From Candidatus Aenigmatarchaeota archaeon (GTDB lineage: Archaea; Aenigmatarchaeota; Aenigmatarchaeia; CG10238-14; SCSR01): 21,152 bases of DNA. Both the position numbers and the translations under genes were made by a program. The notes below the pieces were generated by a model. It worked only from the letters and a program-made list of their open reading frames with translations. It ran no database searches and was not told the origin of the DNA. Numbering within the stretch: position 1 is the first letter of the stretch; each line of letters starts with the position of its first letter. The stretch is taken from positions 1-21,152 of the forward strand of contig JAVZHQ010000003.1 of the NCBI GenBank assembly GCA_038998335.1, given 5' to 3'. Below are positions 9,261 through 16,300 of the stretch, piece after piece.

Positions 9261-12200
9261 ATGGATATGATAGATAGTGGAGTAGAATTATCACCTCTCC
9301 AACCATCATTACCTGAATCATTAAAAACAACTCTTGCTTTAGCTTTCGAAATCAGTCAAAGAGATTTTTCTGGAATTAATGGTTTAAGAAAATCTGGAGA
9401 ACAAAATCAAGATGAAATTAATTTTCTATATGAAATTTTAGAAGCCGGCCAACCACCCCAAGGATTATTGGATTATTTAGACAAACATCTTCCTAACTTT
9501 CTTCCACCAGAAATTGTTCAAGCTTTAATTGGTCAAGGAGTTTTAACACAAGAAGGAAATAAAATATTGTGGGCGAAAGGCGTACCTCCTGAAAAAAAAC
9601 TTTATGTGTTAAATGAACTTGTTTCTGATATTGAAAGAAAACAACAATTACCCAATACGGGTTTGATTGATCCAAATCATTTTTTAACCGGTATTCAAGC
9701 TTTAGCTTTAGAATACGCTAAACAAGCTTACGATGCCTATCAGCCACAATCAACACCGGATCGGGAAGAAATCGTTACTATCACTCAAAGAAAAATTACT
9801 TCTCAAGATCGATTTAGAATGCGAGTCGCTTATGAAGGAAAAGGTAAGGCGGGGGTGGAACTTGATGTAGAAAAAGAGATGATTTTTAGTGTTAAAAAAG
9901 ATGGTAAAGCAGTAAGTAATGATGGTCAGGAAAGAACCTATGACGATATTATTATACCTGTTGTTGAATTAATTAAAGCTGGGAATTTTGAACAGGCAAT
10001 TAACCTTGCCAATCAAATTCGGGAACAGTTCTCTCAGCTTTTAGAAAAAAATCCACAAGAAAAAAGACGAATTTTGTTTATTCTTAGACGTTTGATTAAT
10101 ATGCGCTTAGGCGATACTAGTATTACTGAGCAAGAAAAAATGACCCTTCAAGCTCTTTTACAATCAAATTTAGAAGATACCCAAAATTTTCAAGAAGTTT
10201 TAAAATTGCTTTTTAATTTTGATTCTTTAAAACAAGAAATTGAAAGTAGCGACTTTAAAACAAAAAGAAGAGCAGAAGATAGACTTTCCGTAAGATTTTT
10301 GGAAATGGGCGCTTTGATTTTTGGAACAGAAGGATTAAGAAGAACAGTTGAAGTTGATCTTCGAATGGCAGTTGGTTTAGAAGATATTTTGTTAACACCA
10401 GAGGCAAGACTTGAAAGAATTAAACTTTTACAAGAAGCAGATGAATTAAGAAAAAGAATAATTGAGATAAGACTATCCAAAGAAGGAAGTGAGGAAGAAA
10501 GAAAACTAAGGGCTTTGTTGGCAGAATCAGCTTGGCGGGAAAAATTAACTCAACTTAGAAATTTAGAACAACAACAAAGAGAGGCTTTTTTGTATGCTTT
10601 TCAAGTTAAAGATGACGATGGCAGACTTCTTATTGATGAATCGAAACTTACTCCTGAACAAAGACAATTAGCTGATCAAATTAAACAAAGATATTATACT
10701 CTTATTCAATCTGGAAACGACCGAATTTTATCTATCAATCGCTCAATGATAATTGAAATGCTTAGGATTGAAGGAATTACGCTTAATGACGATCAGATTA
10801 CAACTTTATATGAATATCTTTCAGGGAAAAAACCATCTAGCGCAGAAAAACCTCTAACAAAAGAAGATCATGACTTATTTTTTAAAGAATTCTTAGGAAA
10901 TTTCGGAATTAATCCCGACGATAAAAAATATTCACTTTTAAGACATATAATTAGTGAAGGAAGAAGGGTTGAAAGAGCTCTTACTGGTTTAGCCAGAAAA
11001 ATCCAGGATGATTTTAGTCAGGTTGAAGAATTAAGTCTTATCGGTACAGTTGCTGGCAAAAAACCAAAGATTGGTGAAATTCAACACAATGTTTTTTTAA
11101 TGGGTGTTAAGGGAATTGAGTATCTTTATCGTCATTTTCAATTTGAAACTGAAAAAAGAGAAGAAAAAGTGATTATTTCAGGGAAAACAGGCGAAAAACC
11201 ATCCTTAGAATTTCCCACAACGGTACCAACTTACCAAATCACCCAGGCAGGAATTATAGAAGTATCTACAGTAATAAAACCAGAAAAACCATCACCAGCG
11301 CCAACATTCACCGAAGGAGGAGAACTAGTCGCAGAAAAAGAAACACCTAAAAAAAGACTGGAACGATTAACCACTTTTGATCCTAAAGTAGTTGAGTCAG
11401 ATCAAAGAAAATTAGATAGACTTCGTAAAGAAATAGAAAACAAATCCCGTGAAGAAAAAGAAGGAAAAAGAGTCAGTTTAAAAAGATTAAAGGAACAATT
11501 AGAAGCAGCAAGAAGAGAAGCTTCTTTAGGACATCTCGATCTTAATGATCATAATCTTGAACTAAGCGATGAAGAAATAGATCTTCTAATGAAAGAACAA
11601 TCAAATCTAGCACAAATTATTGAAAGTTTAGAAAAAGCAGTTGAGTTGAAACAACAGATTGAGTCTTTAAAACGAGCCGAAAGAAACTTGGCTGCTTTAG
11701 AAGAAAAAACAAGATTAAGAGAGTTGGTTAGCGGGTTAAAGGATGAACAAGCTCAGCAAACTGCTCAAAGAGACTTAGAACAACTACAAAAAATTGAGTT
11801 GCCTGCTGGTACTTTGGAAATTGCTCAACAAATTTTAGAACAACTCCATCGCCCGGGAGTCTTTAGAAGAAATATCAATCGTTTTAAACGTTTAGCTAAT
11901 CAAATTGCTCAACAACTTGAACAACAACAAGGCTGGGATCCTAATGCTCACGCAATCAATATTAAAGCAGTAGAAAGAGCTTTATTATATAACGCCATTG
12001 TTAATCCCTCATCCTCACCACCCCCAACCACACCACTACCTACACCCGAAGAAGAAGCAACAGAAGCTCCAGCAGAAGTCACACCACCAACAGCAGAAGC
12101 ACAAGCAGTAGTAGAACCACTAGAACCAATAGAAGAACTAAAACAAACTGCTACTCAAATATTAGGAAGAGAACCAAATAACGTAATTTTAACAATTGAA

Positions 12201-13238
12201 AGTTATCAAAGGTTTAACAATACCGTTGTTGCCATTGGTGAAGTTCCAGCAAGTAGTAGGGTAGAAATCACAGGACAATCTCGATCTTATATTGAACACG
12301 TTTTTGGAAAGATTATTTTTTATGATCAATCAATCAATTATGTTACTGTAGAAAGTGGAGGGAAAGCTTATGGGTTGGATTCATCAACCAACACCTTTAT
12401 TGTAAAAAGAAAGGCGGAAGCTTCTGGGTGGGATTCGTCAACCAACACCTTTATTGTAGAAAGTGAAGGGAAAGCTTATGGGAGAGATTCATCAACTAAT
12501 CTTCTTCTCTCCAATATGGGAACTTTTACTCTTGGTAACCCAAACTCTCTTCTTTTTGTTGTTGGTGAGAAAAGTAATGTCTCCTATGAAAATGGTGCCT
12601 ATGAATCTCAGGTCTTTACTCTACCAAAGATGCCAGATGATAAAAGCACTGAGGGTAAACGATTTGAATTAAAGGACAGTGATGGTACAACAAGAACCTT
12701 TGTTGTTATTGAGGTGATCAATGAATATGGTGAAAAAGCCTATGCTGTTTTTGAAAGAAAAGAAATACAAACTAAAGATGGAGAAACCGAGGTTAAATAT
12801 GTTTTTGTTGATGGAAGAAGAGAAACAGAAATACAAGATCTTATTAACAGACTTAATGAAAAAACTGGTTTAAGTTTTGAAGAAAATAATATCACCGATA
12901 ACGCTTTTTCTTTAGAACCACAACCCCCAACCACACCACTACCTACACCCGAAGAAGAAGCAACAATCGCAAAAGAAATACCAGCAATCACTGGAGCAAC
13001 ATCAACAAATTATGAAAAAAAACAACCAAAAGAAGCTCCAGCAGAAGTCACAACACCACCAACAACACCACCCCCAACCACTAAAGAACTAAAAAGAAAA
13101 TTAAAGAAAGCTGTTCAAAAAGCTCGAGAAACTGCTCAAAATACCGCTCAAAGAGTTAGGGAAGCTATTCAAAAATTAACAAGAAAAAGAAGAAGAACCC
13201 CCCCTCCTCCAGTAAAAGATATTCCCAACTTACCGTAG
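9261..13238 (+). CDS. Large 1325-aa hypothetical protein: charged helical/coiled-coil body, Pro/Thr linkers, repeat-containing beta-rich module, basic C-terminal tail
   Basis: Long ORF with E/K/Q/L-rich heptad-like segments. No catalytic motif, signal peptide or clear TM helix recognised. Confidence 0.88.
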   Translation: MDMIDSGVELSPLQPSLPESLKTTLALAFEISQRDFSGINGLRKSGEQNQDEINFLYEILEAGQPPQGLLDYLDKHLPNFLPPEIVQALIGQGVLTQEGNKILWAKGVPPEKKLYVLNELVSDIERKQQLPNTGLIDPNHFLTGIQALALEYAKQAYDAYQPQSTPDREEIVTITQRKITSQDRFRMRVAYEGKGKAGVELDVEKEMIFSVKKDGKAVSNDGQERTYDDIIIPVVELIKAGNFEQAINLANQIREQFSQLLEKNPQEKRRILFILRRLINMRLGDTSITEQEKMTLQALLQSNLEDTQNFQEVLKLLFNFDSLKQEIESSDFKTKRRAEDRLSVRFLEMGALIFGTEGLRRTVEVDLRMAVGLEDILLTPEARLERIKLLQEADELRKRIIEIRLSKEGSEEERKLRALLAESAWREKLTQLRNLEQQQREAFLYAFQVKDDDGRLLIDESKLTPEQRQLADQIKQRYYTLIQSGNDRILSINRSMIIEMLRIEGITLNDDQITTLYEYLSGKKPSSAEKPLTKEDHDLFFKEFLGNFGINPDDKKYSLLRHIISEGRRVERALTGLARKIQDDFSQVEELSLIGTVAGKKPKIGEIQHNVFLMGVKGIEYLYRHFQFETEKREEKVIISGKTGEKPSLEFPTTVPTYQITQAGIIEVSTVIKPEKPSPAPTFTEGGELVAEKETPKKRLERLTTFDPKVVESDQRKLDRLRKEIENKSREEKEGKRVSLKRLKEQLEAARREASLGHLDLNDHNLELSDEEIDLLMKEQSNLAQIIESLEKAVELKQQIESLKRAERNLAALEEKTRLRELVSGLKDEQAQQTAQRDLEQLQKIELPAGTLEIAQQILEQLHRPGVFRRNINRFKRLANQIAQQLEQQQGWDPNAHAINIKAVERALLYNAIVNPSSSPPPTTPLPTPEEEATEAPAEVTPPTAEAQAVVEPLEPIEELKQTATQILGREPNNVILTIESYQRFNNTVVAIGEVPASSRVEITGQSRSYIEHVFGKIIFYDQSINYVTVESGGKAYGLDSSTNTFIVKRKAEASGWDSSTNTFIVESEGKAYGRDSSTNLLLSNMGTFTLGNPNSLLFVVGEKSNVSYENGAYESQVFTLPKMPDDKSTEGKRFELKDSDGTTRTFVVIEVINEYGEKAYAVFERKEIQTKDGETEVKYVFVDGRRETEIQDLINRLNEKTGLSFEENNITDNAFSLEPQPPTTPLPTPEEEATIAKEIPAITGATSTNYEKKQPKEAPAEVTTPPTTPPPTTKELKRKLKKAVQKARETAQNTAQRVREAIQKLTRKRRRTPPPPVKDIPNLP
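12020..12062 (+). repeat. 43-bp perfect direct repeat, copy 1 (encodes PPTTPLPTPEEEAT)
   Basis: acccccaaccacaccactacctacacccgaagaagaagcaaca is identical to 12923-12965. The adjacent 22 bp (12062-12083) are identical to 13031-13052. Confidence 0.95.
12347..12500 (+). repeat. 54-bp (18-aa) in-frame tandem repeat, ~2.9 copies
   Basis: Units start at 12347, 12401 and 12455 and encode VESGGKAYGLDSSTNTFI / VKRKAEASGWDSSTNTFI / VESEGKAYGRDSSTN. Confidence 0.92.
12923..12965 (+). repeat. 43-bp perfect direct repeat, copy 2
   Basis: Identical to 12020-12062; offset 903 bp (301 codons, in frame). Confidence 0.95.
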
Positions 13239-13306
13239 ACGAATAATGAGTTATCTAACTTAATAAACAGCAATTTCTACCCATTTAAAAACTAAAACTA
13301 ATTATT

Positions 13307-13336
13307 TTGAAATAAATGTCGAAAATCAAATATAAT
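13307..13336 (+). promoter_or_regulatory. Putative sigma70 promoter TTGAAA-18-TATAAT for the PBP-amidase gene (leaderless geometry)
   Basis: TTGAAA 13307-13312, perfect TATAAT 13331-13336, 7 nt, then ATG at 13344; no Shine-Dalgarno. Confidence 0.6.
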
Positions 13337-13343
13337 TTGTTTA

Positions 13344-16300
13344 ATGGAACAAGATTTTTCTATCACACCAAAAACACCAGAACAAAGACAAGCCCAAAAT
13401 AATTTTTTATCAATTATTCCTCTTCATTTATTTGAATCAGCCCGTATAATCAGTGGTCAACCAGAACAGGAAACAACAATCCAAAAAGGTCAAGAATTAG
13501 AAGTTTTATTAAGAACCCTTCTTGCTAAAAAACTCTCTGATCCAAATCTATCCGAAGAAGAAAAAAAACAAATTATAACAGAAGTTAAAATTGAGTTTTC
13601 CCGATTAGTGGCTGAAACAAGACCAGATATTCTTCTTTTTGCTGCATACAATAAATCAGTAAAACCATCATCACTAGAAACAACAACATCAGCACCAAAA
13701 AAACCTGCCGATCCTGAATTGACTCAAATGTTAGAAGATTTAGCAAACCCGGAAACAGATATACAAAAAAGACAAGAAATCTTAGAACAAATAAAACAAA
13801 AAGCTTTAACTGAACGTTGGAATCTTTTTGATTATTATCAAGAAGTAATTAACTATCACTCTTCTAAATGGTTAACTTTAGGATATCGTTATCCTCAAAT
13901 GCTTCGCTGGATCTGTCTTCTTCCAGAAAAAAGTCCAAATAGAGGAAAAATAAAACCTATTGACGAAATGATTGGTTATTTTGGTATTAACTTTAACTCT
14001 CTTTCTGAGGAAGGAAGAAAAGATTATCAAGAAAACTTGTTGCCGGAAGTTGAAGATTTTCAAAGAGCAATTCTTCAGGCAGATGAAGAACAAATAAAAA
14101 AAACTAGAAAAAAACTTATTTCTGCTTTGAAAGAATTCTATCAGAAACACAAAATCACCCAAAAAGAAAACCCGGAAAGACTAGTTAATCATTTTCTTAT
14201 AAAGATCACTATTCTTTCTGATGAAGAACTTCAAGAATTAGCCTTTTCTGAGAGATGGGATTTAGAAGAATTTTTTCTAGAATATTGTCAAGCTTTAAAA
14301 AGTGTAGGAAGAAAACCCCCTTCCATACCAAAAGAAACTGATATTATCTATTATCAAGACTGGGTAAAAGATTTATTGACAAAAGAGCAAAAAAGAAGAT
14401 TAAGAAAAGTTGGCGGAATTTTGGGAATCAATGATATTCAAACTCTTGTTTTTCAAGCTGCTTTTAGGTTTATTACCCAACCAGAAACAGAAAGTCAAAT
14501 AAACGATCTTAATCCTTTATCAGAAACTCATCTTCAACTTAACGACAACTCAATCCTCAGATACTTTAAAACACTTCAAGAATATTTAATCCCAATCGAA
14601 GAATTAATAACTGATCCGCAACACGATCAAGAATTACCACTAGTCCAAGGACTTCTTAAAAAAAGAATTAATGATCTTTCTCACAAAACTATCTCTTTAA
14701 TTCTTGCTTTATCTAATTTTGGGGTGGTTAAATTATCTAAAAAAGAAAGAAGAATTTTGTCAGCTATTCCTCAAGGTATTGATCTGTCTGATGGTTTTCT
14801 TTATCAGAAAGAGCTTGGTCCAGCTCTTGAAAAAGGCGAAAGAAAAAGACGAAAAGCATTAATGAAAGAAAGAAAACGTTGGTTCAACACTCTTCAAAAC
14901 ATTCTTCATCGATTAAATAAACAAAATCTTCCTTTTGTTATCTTGTTGCCGGAAGAACAAACTGCGCTCGGCGAAAAACTTCAAGATTGGCAAGAACAAT
15001 GGAGAGAAAGAGTTAAAAGATTTCGCTTGATGAGACTGTTTGGAATTCCAGCAACCGCACTTGTCGTTGCCGGTTCAGCCGCTAAACTTTCTCAACTGCC
15101 ACTCTTACAAGAAGGTTCTAAAGCACTAAACAATGCCGCAAAAATTGCTTATCAACAAATTTTTGAACAATTAGAAATTTCTTCGCCTTCTTCTTTTTTT
15201 GATAAATGGGGCTTTCTTATAAAAATTTATAAATCTTTAAAACAAATAGAGCAAGAGACTGGAGAAGAAACTTTATTTGCCATTGGGGCTAGTTATTTTA
15301 ATGAGTATGCCGAAAGAATTAATAAAGAACGTTTTTCTCAATTAACCCTTTTTCAAGAATCAACCCCTCCTGTCTTAACAGAAGCAGATTTTGTTGATAA
15401 AAGAGAACCTCCTCCTCAAACATTAAAGGACTTATTAACCATTTTAGAAACAGAACAAGGCAGAGAAAAAATGATTGAAAGTTTAACAGAAAATTTTTAC
15501 CAACTGGCAAGTTTTAAGTTTGCTGATGAAGATCAATTTTCTTTTATTTCACAACAAAATTTAAGAACAAGGTTGGAACAAATAACTGATCAATTAAAAG
15601 TTTTGCTTAACCAAGAAACTGACAAAAACAAAAGAATTGATACCCTTAATCCAGTATCAAAAAAACAAAAAGCAGTTTCTGACTGGCAGCAATTAATAAT
15701 TGAGATTTTAAAATACTACTCTCCCCAACTCTCATCAACTATTTCTCTTCTACAACCTGAAATTGAAGGCCCTCTTGATAATCCAACAAAATATACTGAC
15801 CTTTCGCATGAATATGCTTGTAAAAGACAAGCTTATTACTTTTGTGAAGAAATATTTTATCATATTGCCTCAGAAGAAAAACCTTCTATTATCATCCACA
15901 GTCAACAAGAATTAGAAGATTTTTCTTCATTTTTTTTTGATAAACAAAAGTTTATTGAGTGGTTGAATAATCCTAATAACAATTTTGAAAATGAAGAAGA
16001 ACGCTGGCAGTTTGTATCATGGGCGATAACTTTAGCAGAAAAACAACAAATCGATCTTGATCTAATTTCTAGATTTGTTGAGCTTAATCGTTTTTTTCAA
16101 GGAGTTGCTAATGAAAAAAAACTAGAACAAATGGAAGAAGTTTCACGTTCTATTTTAGCTGCTGGCAGTATTCTTAACGTAGCTAATCAAGGACTAAGAC
16201 AAAAAGTGACCAGAAGAGATTTTTTAAGAATGACCGGTGTTGCTGCAGTTTCTACCGGATTAATGTTGGCTGGTATTAAAGCGGATCAACAATTTCAATC

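Noticed and set aside
9950-10020. Similarity of VVELIKAGNFEQAINL (1325-aa protein) to VQDLIKQKKFEQAQQL (179-aa protein)
   Set aside because: Short generic helix-turn-helix/TPR-like pattern; too short to claim homology.
12347-12500. Possible CRISPR array or DGR template/variable repeat pair
   Set aside because: Units are contiguous with no spacers and are in-frame coding. Mismatches are not confined to adenines of one copy. No cas or reverse transcriptase gene is in the window.
12020-12965. 43-bp repeats as att sites or ends of a mobile element
   Set aside because: No integrase or transposase, no inverted repeats, and the enclosed DNA is an in-frame part of the ORF.
13090-13200. Eukaryotic nuclear localisation signal-like motifs (KRKLKK, RKRRR)
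   Set aside because: Short basic runs arise easily in A-rich genomes, and nothing indicates a eukaryotic host.
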